Source: a phage
Assembly: GCA_020279385.1 (NCBI GenBank)
Contig: GCA_020279385.1_4133.1
DNA: 51,819 nucleotides
Direction: 5' to 3' (one strand)
This document shows, piece by piece, positions 36,389-46,077 of the stretch. Each line of letters starts with the position of its first letter. Position 1 is the first letter of the stretch. The notes beneath the pieces are model-generated. The model did not search any database, had not been told where the DNA came from, and was given only the letters and a program-made list of their open reading frames with translations. The position numbers were made by a program, and so were the translations under genes.

Positions 36389-36613
36389 CAGACTGCAATC
36401 AGCGTTTTTAAAGTTATCAATGCTCACCCACTGAAAATTAAATGGATAGCCAGCCTTGACAAGAGTGCGGTCGCCAACTCGTTTTGCCCCAAAGATAGCA
36501 ACTGAATACTGCATTCCGCTATTTTCATAAATAGCCGTGCATTCACGTTTAGGCATATTTGCGCAACCAGTCAGCGCAACGGCTGCGATTAAAACTGCAA
36601 TTAACTTTTTCAT
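36386..36613 (-). CDS. Outer-membrane lipoprotein, candidate Cor-like superinfection exclusion protein
   Basis: MKKLIAVLIAAVALTGC lipobox; small; antisense immediately after tail genes; AAGGAG RBS. Confidence 0.5.
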   Translation of the reverse strand: MKKLIAVLIAAVALTGCANMPKRECTAIYENSGMQYSVAIFGAKRVGDRTLVKAGYPFNFQWVSIDNFKNADCSL

Positions 36614-36667
36614 CTTTTCATCTCCTTTGTTGTTGTTGGTTCAACTATACACGATTTTAAGGCGCGC

Positions 36668-36688
36668 GTTTAGCAAAAAGTGCTACTT
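36668..36688 (-). promoter_or_regulatory. Conserved intergenic element copy upstream of the lipoprotein gene
   Basis: gtttagcaaaaagtgctactt on plus strand. Confidence 0.5.
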
Positions 36689-36795
36689 GTTATTTTTTGT
36701 TTTACGGTGTTATCGAATTTAAGACGGCGTAAATTTAGCTCAAATTTTAGCCAATATAAGAACAATAAATAATCAATAAAATAGATATATACATA

Positions 36796-36974
36796 TAAAA
36801 TCAATAGTTTATTTATTTATGTATGTATATTTGTTTTTTCTTGTTATCTGTGTTTCTTGTGGTTTTGGTTGTTTGTGGTGATTTTTCTTTCTGAGTATCT
36901 GCATGTGCCATCATTCATGTGTATGTATATAATCCGGCGTATCTTAGAGAACAAGGGAACAAGAAAAATAACAC
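36796..36974. repeat. AT/GT-rich non-coding element B, homologous to 6561-6750
   Basis: tttatttatttatgtatgtat, tgtggttttggttgtttgtggtg, catgtgtatgtatataatccggcg, gaacaagaaaaataaca. Confidence 0.6.
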
Positions 36975-37055
36975 ATGTTAATCATTAACTTACGCGTCAG
37001 ATTTGTTTTCTTGCCATCTTAGAACGTTTAGAAAACAGAAAAAACAAAACAACTA

Positions 37056-37083
37056 TTGACTAAATCAACCAAATGGCTACAAT
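37056..37083 (+). promoter_or_regulatory. Sigma70-type promoter for the recombination module
   Basis: TTGACT, 16-nt spacer, TACAAT; spacer shares CCAAAT.GC with the 6823 promoter. Confidence 0.6.
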
Positions 37084-37113
37084 GCACACACAAAGCAACG
37101 AGGAGCATTAAAG

Positions 37114-38169
37114 ATGAGTGATTTTAACGCCTACACTAGCGAAGAAATGAGCAACGAGCTTTATCATGATCCTAACGCGTGGACGGCTGAATACGTCAGC
37201 GGTTCCAGCCTGGCGGAGATTTACAGCACTTGCCCGGCGTACTGGAAGTACAAGCCTCGCCAGGAAACTAAGGCACTTGTTTTCGGTACGCAGTCGCATA
37301 CCAATTTTGAAAGCAAGGAGTTATTCGAAAAAACATATCGCCGCGCACCGTCGCAGGATGACTTTAAAGATCTGATCACAAGCCAAACGGCGTTAGCTGC
37401 AAAGCTGAAATCTTTTGGCCTGAAAGGTACGACTGGTAAGCAGTACCCTGAATTGCTGGAAATGCTGTACAAGTGCGGTGAGGATCTCAATGTATGGTGG
37501 CTTATCGAAATGATGGCAGAATGCCAGGCCGCAGCGGACGGCGTGCAGTTAATCGACGCGAAAGATTATGATGCCTGTGTAGCGATGCGGCGCGTACTTG
37601 AGGCAATACCTGAGCATAATGCTTGCATGAATAGCCCAACCGCGCAGCGTGAAATGTCAATATTCGGGATCATCAATGGCGTAAAAGTTAAAGTGCGCCT
37701 TGATCACGTTGACGTAAACAAGGATGTAAAGGCCACAATCATTAACGGTTACGACGAAAAAGGCCGACCGATTTATGAAGAAGTCATCTATCCAGAAGCT
37801 GTGATTATCACTGACTATAAAACAACGGTTAGCGCAAATCCGGTTGACTTCCAGCGCCTGGCTTACAATCACGGCTATTATCTCAAAATGGCTTTGCAGC
37901 ATGATTTATTTAAAAAGGCGTATCCAGACGAGGAAAGGCCAGTAATCGTGAGATTGCTTGCTCAAGAGAAGAAAGAGCCTTACTTGCCTCTCGCATTCCG
38001 CATGAACATTGAGCAATTGAAGATCGGGCGTATCCAGTACATGAGCGTGATCAACAAGTTCAACGTTTGCCAACAGTTAGATGAATGGCCTTCGTATGCA
38101 AACGGACAACCAGAAATTGATCTTGATACTCCTGATTGGGTTCGTGCTCAATTCAGGCAGTATCTATGA
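37114..38169 (+). CDS. Recombination exonuclease (PD-(D/E)XK, RecE/RecB-like)
   Basis: VIITDYKTT nuclease motif; sits with annealing protein and SSB. Confidence 0.55.
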   Translation: MSDFNAYTSEEMSNELYHDPNAWTAEYVSGSSLAEIYSTCPAYWKYKPRQETKALVFGTQSHTNFESKELFEKTYRRAPSQDDFKDLITSQTALAAKLKSFGLKGTTGKQYPELLEMLYKCGEDLNVWWLIEMMAECQAAADGVQLIDAKDYDACVAMRRVLEAIPEHNACMNSPTAQREMSIFGIINGVKVKVRLDHVDVNKDVKATIINGYDEKGRPIYEEVIYPEAVIITDYKTTVSANPVDFQRLAYNHGYYLKMALQHDLFKKAYPDEERPVIVRLLAQEKKEPYLPLAFRMNIEQLKIGRIQYMSVINKFNVCQQLDEWPSYANGQPEIDLDTPDWVRAQFRQYL

Positions 38170-38230
38170 CAAACCAAACAAATAGCTAAACTTTTATAAT
38201 GGTTGGTGATATAATTCGCCAACCAGATAA

Positions 38231-38899
<669 letters not shown>

Positions 38900-38902
38900 T
38901 AA

Positions 38903-38926
38903 ACGGGGCGCTTGCGCCCCTTTTGT
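38903..38926 (+). terminator. Terminator-like hairpin
   Basis: ggggcgcttgcgcccc plus short T-run. Confidence 0.45.
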
Positions 38927-38942
38927 CATAGGAGAAAACAAA

Positions 38943-39395
38943 ATGCACGTTATTACAGGTGAGATCAGAAAAGAGCCAAAAGTAAAGCAAATGCCTAACG
39001 GCAGCACGCTATATGTTGTTGAGCTTTCCGAGCGATACAAAGACCGAGAGGGAAATTGGCAGTATACAAACTATGTGTTTTTCTTTAACGCGAAAACAGA
39101 CGGCCTGAATGGTTGGTATGCTGAGGCTTTCCAAGTAGGAAAGGTTATTTCTGTTTCCTGCGATACCTTGCGAGTTGAAACGAGAGAATACAACGGAAAG
39201 ATTTACAGCACCGTGCAGCCTGGCGGATTTGCAAACCTGCTATTTAGCCAGCGCGGAGAAAGCCAGCAACAATATCAGCAGCGAACGCAAGGAGGCTGGG
39301 GGCAACCACAACAGCAACAGCAACAAAATACTCAACAGCAGCCACAGCAAAGCAATCAGCCGCCGATTGACTTTGACGATGATATACCATTCTAA
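38943..39395 (+). CDS. ssb: Single-stranded DNA-binding protein
   Basis: Gln/Gly-rich linker and acidic tail ending DFDDDIPF. Confidence 0.8.
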   Translation: MHVITGEIRKEPKVKQMPNGSTLYVVELSERYKDREGNWQYTNYVFFFNAKTDGLNGWYAEAFQVGKVISVSCDTLRVETREYNGKIYSTVQPGGFANLLFSQRGESQQQYQQRTQGGWGQPQQQQQQNTQQQPQQSNQPPIDFDDDIPF

Positions 39396-39399
39396 TGAC

Positions 39400-39431
39400 A
39401 AAAAGCCCCGCATATGCGGGGCATTTTTTAG
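39400..39431. terminator. Bidirectional terminator
   Basis: A-run, gccccgcatatgcggggc, T-run. Confidence 0.65.
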
Positions 39432-39970
39432 TCTAACGTGGTTGGTTTGTTTACCAGTGCCGCTACAACCGCTTTTAACTCGTCAATTTCTTTTCTCATC
39501 TCATCGTTTTCCGCTTTCAGTTTCTTAACGTGGTGAATCAGTGGAACAGTGAGGCGGTCATACATAACGCCTTCCGCCACCATGCCATTACTTGAAGCAA
39601 TGGCAGGATCTTCTCCTTCTTGCAGCGGTCGCCAGTGAACGTACTCCGGCGCAATTTCTCCAACTTCCTCTGCAATCAGTCCGTACCATCCCCAATCTTT
39701 ACGGTCGCTTTCACAGGTTGACCGATACCACACAGGACGCATTTCAAGCATCAGATCCGCATATTCATCAATAACCGATTCTACGCTGCGCTTATAACGA
39801 GAAGAGGAAGTGGAGCGTAAAACTTGCGACACTCCAGCATTTGGATCAAGCCATAAGTTTGCTGATTGAGCGGTTGTGTTTAGTCTAAACAAATAAAATG
39901 CCTCGTTACCAGTCAGGGGGGTAAAAATTGCCACCATACCTTCCGCTATCCAACTCGGACGATAGATCAT
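39428..39970 (-). CDS. Protein with C-terminal peptidase S74-like intramolecular chaperone domain; probably the 3' part of a frameshifted fibre gene
   Basis: SDRKD...YGLIAEEVGEIAPEYV...YDRLTVPLI...coiled coil; no credible RBS; 65-nt overlap with upstream ORF across a G6/C6 run. Confidence 0.45.
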   Translation of the reverse strand: MIYRPSWIAEGMVAIFTPLTGNEAFYLFRLNTTAQSANLWLDPNAGVSQVLRSTSSSRYKRSVESVIDEYADLMLEMRPVWYRSTCESDRKDWGWYGLIAEEVGEIAPEYVHWRPLQEGEDPAIASSNGMVAEGVMYDRLTVPLIHHVKKLKAENDEMRKEIDELKAVVAALVNKPTTLD

Positions 39971-40166
39971 TTTGTTTTAGATACAGCTTCAACTTATTGT
40001 CAACATCAGTAGTTGATGCTTTTCCTGCAACATCCTGTTTTAGTGTCGAAACATCACTTTTCAGCTTCGTTATATCACCAGGAATAGTAGCAACATCCTG
40101 TTTTAGTGTTGAAACATCATTTTTCAGCCTCGTTATATCACTAGGTATAACAGTTACTGTAGCCAT
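39906..40166 (-). CDS. Small fibre-like protein with tandem 21-aa repeats; probably the 5' part of a frameshifted gene
   Basis: AAGGAG RBS; DITRLKNDVSTLKQDVA / DITKLKSDVSTLKQDVA repeats. Confidence 0.5.
   Translation of the reverse strand: MATVTVIPSDITRLKNDVSTLKQDVATIPGDITKLKSDVSTLKQDVAGKASTTDVDNKLKLYLKQNDLSSELDSGRYGGNFYPPDW
40028..40150 (-). repeat. Tandem 63-bp coding repeats
   Basis: caacatcctgttttagtgtcgaaacatcacttttcagcttcgttatatcacc repeated with few changes. Confidence 0.6.
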
Positions 40167-40178
40167 TTTCCTAACTCC

Positions 40179-40457
40179 TTAAGCCCATTCTCTAATCGGC
40201 TGATCTAACTCAACCACGTAGCCATTAAAAATTACGGCATCAAACTCATCATCAATGATTCGCACATTAACGAAATAGCCGTCGTTCTTTCGCGCAATCT
40301 CCTCGCCATCGTCAGATCGTGCAATTACTGTATAAGTATTGCCGATTACATCGAGCAGGATTGCATCCTGAATGGATTCGTTATCATCCCAATTAATTTT
40401 TCCTAAAAAGGCCGAAAACTCGGCCTTGTCTGCAAATTTTAATGTTAAATCACGCAT
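40179..40457 (-). CDS. Hypothetical protein (about 92 aa) between fibre genes
   Basis: ATG overlaps the tail fibre stop (TAATG). Confidence 0.45.
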   Translation of the reverse strand: MRDLTLKFADKAEFSAFLGKINWDDNESIQDAILLDVIGNTYTVIARSDDGEEIARKNDGYFVNVRIIDDEFDAVIFNGYVVELDQPIREWA

Positions 40458-42424
40458 TAAACAATTTCCCCCAATTGATGATCTGTTAGCGCCTTGTGCC
40501 ATATACGGAAGTTTCTAACGTGCCCGAAAAGATGGCGTTCGCCTGTACTTGTTTGTCCGCCAATCCTTATAGTGGCCGTCGATCTTATGTATCTCCATTC
40601 CGTTTTTGTTTCGCTTGATATTCTGGCATTACTTACACAGCAATTATTGTAATCACTCTTTACTCTCATTCCCATGATCATCTTTTTTAGTTTCGCATTC
40701 TCGTAAACCCTTCGGTTTGAGTTACCTATATCGCAATAAGGGAATCCGTCATTATCTCCCCCAGCAGACCCAAAAGCAAGAATAATTGCCGCTCCGGTTT
40801 GATGGCCGACTGTATCAAAAACACGCGGCGCTGCGTTTGGCGTTATACTCCAGTTTTTATGAGCTTCCACAAGCACTGTAAAAGGCAAATTGTAAAGGTT
40901 GTTTTTTATTGGCAATGTAACCATATCGCTTGCCCTTGTTGCCGGAGTTCCATCAGTGATAACCAGAGACGAAGCAGATGATCCGTTTTCAACTTGGGCG
41001 GTAGCTATAGTCATAAATTGACCTGCGGTAATATCCTGGCCTGCCCTTGCTATCATCTCAACGCGAGCATACATCTTTATATCTTCTGGTGCTCTATATG
41101 TACCCTGGAATAGTACCCATCCACCTGATTCTTGCTTTACATCATACGTCAAATTAACCCCTCCAGTCACATCAAGAGTGACAAGATCAAGCATCACATC
41201 AGCTATAAATATGTTTTCTTGTCCATCAGGACTGAGTTTGGAGAATCGCAATCTTAACCTAACTGGTGAAGAATATTCCTCGCCGATTCTTGCGCGTATT
41301 GAGATAGTTCCATACTCACCATTCGCAACATCCACTACGCGAGATGTACCAGTTGAAATTGCTGTGATCGGGCCAGTATCTTGACTTTCTTTATAAGTGA
41401 ATTTAGCGGAAGTTATACCAAATTCATCTGTAGAATCAGCTGATACGTCCAGTCTGTTTACGTTTCTATTCCATTTGTTCGGTGAATTGCTATTTATGAA
41501 GTTGTTTGTTCTCTGCCCTTCAATCAGCAATCCATCTCTTTCAAAACGCGGTTCATCAATTGCTGCAACAGTAAGAATACCTGATTTGTTAATGTATGTT
41601 GCAGTTGATGCACGTTTAAATTTGACAATCTTGTCGCCCGGCATCGTGATCTCATCATCACCTATGACAATCTTTTTGTATGACGGCGAGAATCCGGTGA
41701 TCATATCCAGGGAATCATTAAATGGTATCCACACGTCAGGCAGAGGCTGCAATAAATCTTTGTAAGGTTCTTCGGCCTGCTTTGCGTATTCCTCCGCTTG
41801 ATCTCTAGCACTTTCAGCACCTGTCTTTGCGGCATTCGCAGCATCACGCGCAGTTTCAGCGCCTTTTCTTGCAGTTTCAGCGCCAGTCTTTGCGGTATTT
41901 GCAGCGTCACGCGCGGATTCAGCGGCAGCCTTTGCAGTATCAGCACCTTTCTTGCTATTCTCTGCATTTGTTGCGCTTGTCTTTGCGTTATTCTCGCTAG
42001 TTTTAGCTGCCTTCTGGCTTGCTGCGGCTGCGTCAGCATTTGTCTTTACGTCTTCCTGGATCTTCTGTAGCTTATCCCAATCAAAATCCTTGATGATCTC
42101 AATAAATCCAGCAAACTCCGATTCCTTCCCCTGGTAATAACGCAACGTTTCCGCTACGTCTTGCGCAAGACCGTCAACCGTTAACGAGTCATGAAGCAAG
42201 ATCAGGTAATTTGTCTTCTTGACTACCGCGCCGCCAGTAGTAATTGCGCGAATGCTTGTATCGCTAATCACTTCCGTAATCACAGCAGCTTGCAAAGGTT
42301 GAGCAAGAAAGAAAATAGTTGCACCTGGGCGAATCAAGGTTAATTGCTCACGCCATTTTGTACCGTAACCAGTTACATAACCTTGCGCGTCCATAGACGC
42401 TTGGCCTTGTCTGTAAATCGCCAT
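40457..42424 (-). CDS. Tail fibre protein
   Basis: 655 aa from ATG 42424 (AGGAGG RBS); Ala/Thr/Lys-rich repeats; C-terminal lectin-like beta region. Confidence 0.65.
   Translation of the reverse strand: MAIYRQGQASMDAQGYVTGYGTKWREQLTLIRPGATIFFLAQPLQAAVITEVISDTSIRAITTGGAVVKKTNYLILLHDSLTVDGLAQDVAETLRYYQGKESEFAGFIEIIKDFDWDKLQKIQEDVKTNADAAAASQKAAKTSENNAKTSATNAENSKKGADTAKAAAESARDAANTAKTGAETARKGAETARDAANAAKTGAESARDQAEEYAKQAEEPYKDLLQPLPDVWIPFNDSLDMITGFSPSYKKIVIGDDEITMPGDKIVKFKRASTATYINKSGILTVAAIDEPRFERDGLLIEGQRTNNFINSNSPNKWNRNVNRLDVSADSTDEFGITSAKFTYKESQDTGPITAISTGTSRVVDVANGEYGTISIRARIGEEYSSPVRLRLRFSKLSPDGQENIFIADVMLDLVTLDVTGGVNLTYDVKQESGGWVLFQGTYRAPEDIKMYARVEMIARAGQDITAGQFMTIATAQVENGSSASSLVITDGTPATRASDMVTLPIKNNLYNLPFTVLVEAHKNWSITPNAAPRVFDTVGHQTGAAIILAFGSAGGDNDGFPYCDIGNSNRRVYENAKLKKMIMGMRVKSDYNNCCVSNARISSETKTEWRYIRSTATIRIGGQTSTGERHLFGHVRNFRIWHKALTDHQLGEIV
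41773..42013 (-). repeat. Low-complexity tandem repeats in tail fibre gene
   Basis: AKTSENNAKTSATNAENSKKGADTAKAAAESARDAANTAKTGAETARKGAETARDAANAAKTGAESARD. Confidence 0.55.
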
Positions 42425-42438
42425 TTGTAAAATCCTCC

Positions 42439-42458
42439 TAAATAGCACTTTTTGCTAA
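42439..42458 (+). promoter_or_regulatory. Conserved intergenic element copy, antisense to both flanking genes
   Basis: taaatagcactttttgctaa overlapping the tail fibre RBS; second partial copy taatagcatttt at about 42471. Confidence 0.45.
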
Positions 42459-42488
42459 TGACAATGCAGATAATAGCATTTTCAAGCG

Positions 42489-42515
42489 CAAAAAAAAACC
42501 CCGCATAAGCGGGGC
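42489..42515 (-). terminator. Rho-independent terminator for leftward transcript
   Basis: Minus strand ccccgcttatgcgggg followed by T9. Confidence 0.65.
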
Positions 42516-42530
42516 AATACTATCGGAGTT

Positions 42531-43460
42531 TTATAGCAGTGATTCGGGCTTGTAGAGTTTTCTTTCTACGCCCTGTTTAAAATTATCGTTAACAGGCATC
42601 ATTATGTCAAGCCCTCTTTCCTCTGCCGCGATTATCACATCACGATCATCTTTCCGGCAGACTACGCGCATTCTTCTTTCTCCTTTATATCTATGCGCAA
42701 CCATTTCAAGATTTGAAGGAGTAAAACAGGCCCACACCTCTTGACCAGTTGATAAATGAACATGCTGAGAATCAACCCAATCAAGGCACAAATAGATCGT
42801 CTTATCTGTGCTACCTGTTTTAACAACAGATCCGCGCGTGTAGTCGCGAGCTAAAAACCAATCCTTTCCATCCTCATCAATGAAAAGCACGTTACACATT
42901 TCATCATCCAGCCCGTCATCATGCACCAGGTGACAAGGTAGCGCGTGAATGTATCGACCATCCTTGACGCCGCAATCATAATGACAATCTTCCGGCGGAT
43001 ATATCCCTTCATAAACACTTAAAGGTGTGCGATCGAATTTTAATGTTTTTGCCATCACTTTTTCGCAGCATTCATGACTTGCCTGTTTCCCGAACGAGTA
43101 ACCAGAAGAACGCGAAGCGCGTTTGTTTGCTCTGATCCTGTAATCCTGCGGCACTTTTCCGAGGAATCGGCCCAAAATGTTGATGGCCTCGCTGTAAGGT
43201 TCGCCAGTTAATTTCATTAACCAACCGATCCCCGTGTCGTTGCCGCATACGTTGCAGATCGCGCCGCCGTCGCCCTCTTCATTTAGCTTATCAGTCCATC
43301 TAAAACGATCCTTACCGCCGCAGTGTGGGCAAGGTTGATGCTTTTTGTTGAAAACATCGCTATGCAGTCCGCAAATGCTTTGTAGTGCTTCACGCCATAA
43401 CCCCTTCATATATGGCAAAACATCTTCTTTCTGATAGGTCATAAAGTTTTCAGTATTCAT
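42531..43460 (-). CDS. DNA primase (zinc-ribbon containing)
   Basis: CPHCGG...CNVCG zinc-binding motif; start at internal ATG with GAGGT RBS. Confidence 0.6.
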   Translation of the reverse strand: MNTENFMTYQKEDVLPYMKGLWREALQSICGLHSDVFNKKHQPCPHCGGKDRFRWTDKLNEEGDGGAICNVCGNDTGIGWLMKLTGEPYSEAINILGRFLGKVPQDYRIRANKRASRSSGYSFGKQASHECCEKVMAKTLKFDRTPLSVYEGIYPPEDCHYDCGVKDGRYIHALPCHLVHDDGLDDEMCNVLFIDEDGKDWFLARDYTRGSVVKTGSTDKTIYLCLDWVDSQHVHLSTGQEVWACFTPSNLEMVAHRYKGERRMRVVCRKDDRDVIIAAEERGLDIMMPVNDNFKQGVERKLYKPESLL

Positions 43461-43515
43461 GGCAAACCTCAATAAAAAAGCCCAGCAAATATTATCATTT
43501 CGCTGAGCCTTATCA

Positions 43516-43992
43516 TTAGCTATTTGTGCTGTTATCACCTTTGTAGAATCGTCCGCCTGGTTCGTAGTCTGAATTTTTGACTACGCGCAACATCTCGTAT
43601 TTGTCGCAACGGGTAGTAAGAGGCTTACCGTTAGAATCAAACCGCAGATCTGGACGACAAAATGATGCGCGGTATCCTTTGCATCCATTATATTTGTAGT
43701 CGTTATGCACCTTTTGTGCTCCAGCGGCTGAAATCATACCACGCTTTCGCCATTGGTTAACGACTTGCTGAGATACGCGTAGACGTCGAGCCATAGCAGG
43801 AACACCGCCATAATACTCGATCAGAATATCCAAGCGAGATTTCAGGCTTGCTTTTACCTCATCTCGCAGGATAAGAAATCCGGTTCGGTGTTTTCGTGGC
43901 TTTTTGTCTTTACCTCGTCGCGTTCCGTTGTTACCGTTAATAGTGCGCTTGTCGATCTCACCCGTAGACACCGCAATTCGTGCATCTTTCAT
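43516..43992 (-). CDS. HTH DNA-binding protein
   Basis: Helix-turn-helix GGVPAMARRLRVSQQVVNQWRKRG; basic N-terminus; GAGGTGA RBS. Confidence 0.5.
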   Translation of the reverse strand: MKDARIAVSTGEIDKRTINGNNGTRRGKDKKPRKHRTGFLILRDEVKASLKSRLDILIEYYGGVPAMARRLRVSQQVVNQWRKRGMISAAGAQKVHNDYKYNGCKGYRASFCRPDLRFDSNGKPLTTRCDKYEMLRVVKNSDYEPGGRFYKGDNSTNS

Positions 43993-44002
43993 CTAGTCAC
44001 CT

Positions 44003-44023
44003 CATAGCATTTTTTGTTAAAAC
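44003..44023 (+). promoter_or_regulatory. Conserved intergenic element copy upstream of helicase
   Basis: catagcattttttgttaaaac, about 57 nt before ATG 44080. Confidence 0.5.
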
Positions 44024-44079
44024 AGTTTATTGTAATGAGTCTATTATATACTCCAAATGGCATTTTTTAAAGGTTTAAG

Positions 44080-46077
44080 ATGATTCCAAATATCGAAAAA
44101 CAAATATCAGCGTTAGGCGAGGCAGTAATAAAAAGCATCCAAGAGCGATTCACGGTTGGCAATATAGTGCCTTATCCTTATCAGTGCGTTGCGTATGCCG
44201 AGATCGCAAAGCGCATGAAAAACTATGAGCATCCTTTCTTTGTTAAGGCTTCTGTGTCGGCTGGCAAAACATTGATGTTTGCGATGGTTGCGGCGCAATG
44301 CCGCAAAATGGGATTGAAAATGATGGTCCTTGCTCGCCAGGCTGAAATTGTTGATCAGGATTCGGAAGAGATCAGCAATCTTGGCGTGCCAAACTCAATC
44401 TATTGCGCCGGACTGAAAACAAAAAGCGCATACTTTCCGATCGTGGTCGGTTCTGAGGGCACTGTAGTAAACGGATTGTTTAAGTCGTTAGGTGATTATG
44501 TTCCGCACGTTATCGGTATTGATGAATGTCACCAGGTGGATTGGGAGGATCTCGCGGACGCGATAGAAAATAATGAATCTTACCAGCAGATGACCACTAA
44601 GAAGGATTTGCCAGTACTGATTGGAGAAGAACAGCAATTTGATTCCAATGGCGATCCAATGTTCGGAACAGGGCGCACACAGTACACCGTAATAATCATG
44701 GAAATGATGCGCAGGTGTCGCGAGGCATACGGGCACGAATTGCGAATATTCGGTATGACTGGATCTGAGTTTCGCGGCGTGGTTCCAATACTGGTTGAAG
44801 ATAAGAACAAAAAGGGATTCTGGCGTGAGCAGGTGACTAACATAGACACAAACTACTTAATCAAATTTGGTTCTGTAGTGCCAACAAATTTCGGCGACGT
44901 AGGCGACCTGGGGTATGACCTTTCAGAGTTCGAAGCCAGTAGCGAGGATGGCGTTTCAGACTTTGACGCTAAAACATTGCGCAAGATGGAAGAAAAGATC
45001 CATCAAGACGCAACAATGACACAGAAAATCATGGCTAAAGTCCATGAGATATGCAAAGACAGGAACGGAGTTTTAGTTACATGCGCAGGGGAAAGACACT
45101 GCAAGGAGGCCGCCGCCGCACTTCCGCCAGGCGTTGAATACAGGATCATAACTGGCAAGACTGGAGACAATCAGCGTAAAGAGTGGCTGAGGGAGGCATA
45201 CGAGGGAAAAGTAAAATACATCTTCCAGGTACAGGCGCTTACCACTGGCGTTAACGTTCCGTTTTGGGATACTTCGGTAATACTGAGAAAGATAGGATCT
45301 CTAACATTGCTTATCCAGCTTTTGGGGCGCGGTATGCGACTGCTTAAGCAATGGCACATTGAGCAGGGATTCAAGAAAAAAGATCATCTTGTATTGGATT
45401 TTGCCGGTACTATGGATGAGTTAGGGGATTTGTATTTCGATCCAATCCTTGAGCAAGCGCAATTCCAAAAGAGATTTACAAACGGGAAAGAGCCTAAGAC
45501 TTGTCCGATATGTGGAACGCTAAACAGCTTTTACGCTCGCCGATGTATGCACGTAGACGATAACAGGAAGAGATGCGAGCATTTTTGGACTTACAGAATT
45601 TGCGAGGACCAGGTAGATCCGAGAACAAAAAAGATAATCAAGCGCGGTTGCGGAACAAAAAACGACGTAGTGGCGAGAGTATGCCGTTGTTGCGATATTT
45701 CTCTTGTCGATCCTAACGAGAAGTTAAGCGGTAAGCACTACACCAAAAACGATTGGTGCAACGTTAAATCTTTCCGCGTTGATATGACGAAAAACCAGAA
45801 AGGAATTATTTTTTGCTATGAGCTTGAGGCCAACGGCGACACGTTCAAGGCATACGAAAGATTTTTTCCTGAGTCAGAAAGCAACATTTGCCGGACGATA
45901 TGGAGAAAAATAGCATTGCAGCACATACCGGATCGCAAGATTGCTGGTATGGTGGCGAGCTATAGAAATGCTCGCAAAATAATGTCATACGCTCATCACA
46001 TCATGCCGCCTGTACGCGTAACGCATCGCAAAAACGGCAAAGGTGAGGATAACATTGCAAAACGGGAGTTTGTTTAA
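44080..46077 (+). CDS. SF2 DNA helicase with C-terminal Cys-rich zinc-ribbon domain
   Basis: Walker A SAGKT; motif II IGIDECHQ; C-terminal CPICG...CRCC. Confidence 0.8.
   Translation: MIPNIEKQISALGEAVIKSIQERFTVGNIVPYPYQCVAYAEIAKRMKNYEHPFFVKASVSAGKTLMFAMVAAQCRKMGLKMMVLARQAEIVDQDSEEISNLGVPNSIYCAGLKTKSAYFPIVVGSEGTVVNGLFKSLGDYVPHVIGIDECHQVDWEDLADAIENNESYQQMTTKKDLPVLIGEEQQFDSNGDPMFGTGRTQYTVIIMEMMRRCREAYGHELRIFGMTGSEFRGVVPILVEDKNKKGFWREQVTNIDTNYLIKFGSVVPTNFGDVGDLGYDLSEFEASSEDGVSDFDAKTLRKMEEKIHQDATMTQKIMAKVHEICKDRNGVLVTCAGERHCKEAAAALPPGVEYRIITGKTGDNQRKEWLREAYEGKVKYIFQVQALTTGVNVPFWDTSVILRKIGSLTLLIQLLGRGMRLLKQWHIEQGFKKKDHLVLDFAGTMDELGDLYFDPILEQAQFQKRFTNGKEPKTCPICGTLNSFYARRCMHVDDNRKRCEHFWTYRICEDQVDPRTKKIIKRGCGTKNDVVARVCRCCDISLVDPNEKLSGKHYTKNDWCNVKSFRVDMTKNQKGIIFCYELEANGDTFKAYERFFPESESNICRTIWRKIALQHIPDRKIAGMVASYRNARKIMSYAHHIMPPVRVTHRKNGKGEDNIAKREFV

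Noticed and set aside
40028-40150. Possible CRISPR-like array suggested by regularly spaced repeats
   Set aside because: The repeats are 63-bp in-frame coding repeats within a fibre-like ORF, with no unique spacers; no CRISPR array is present in the window.
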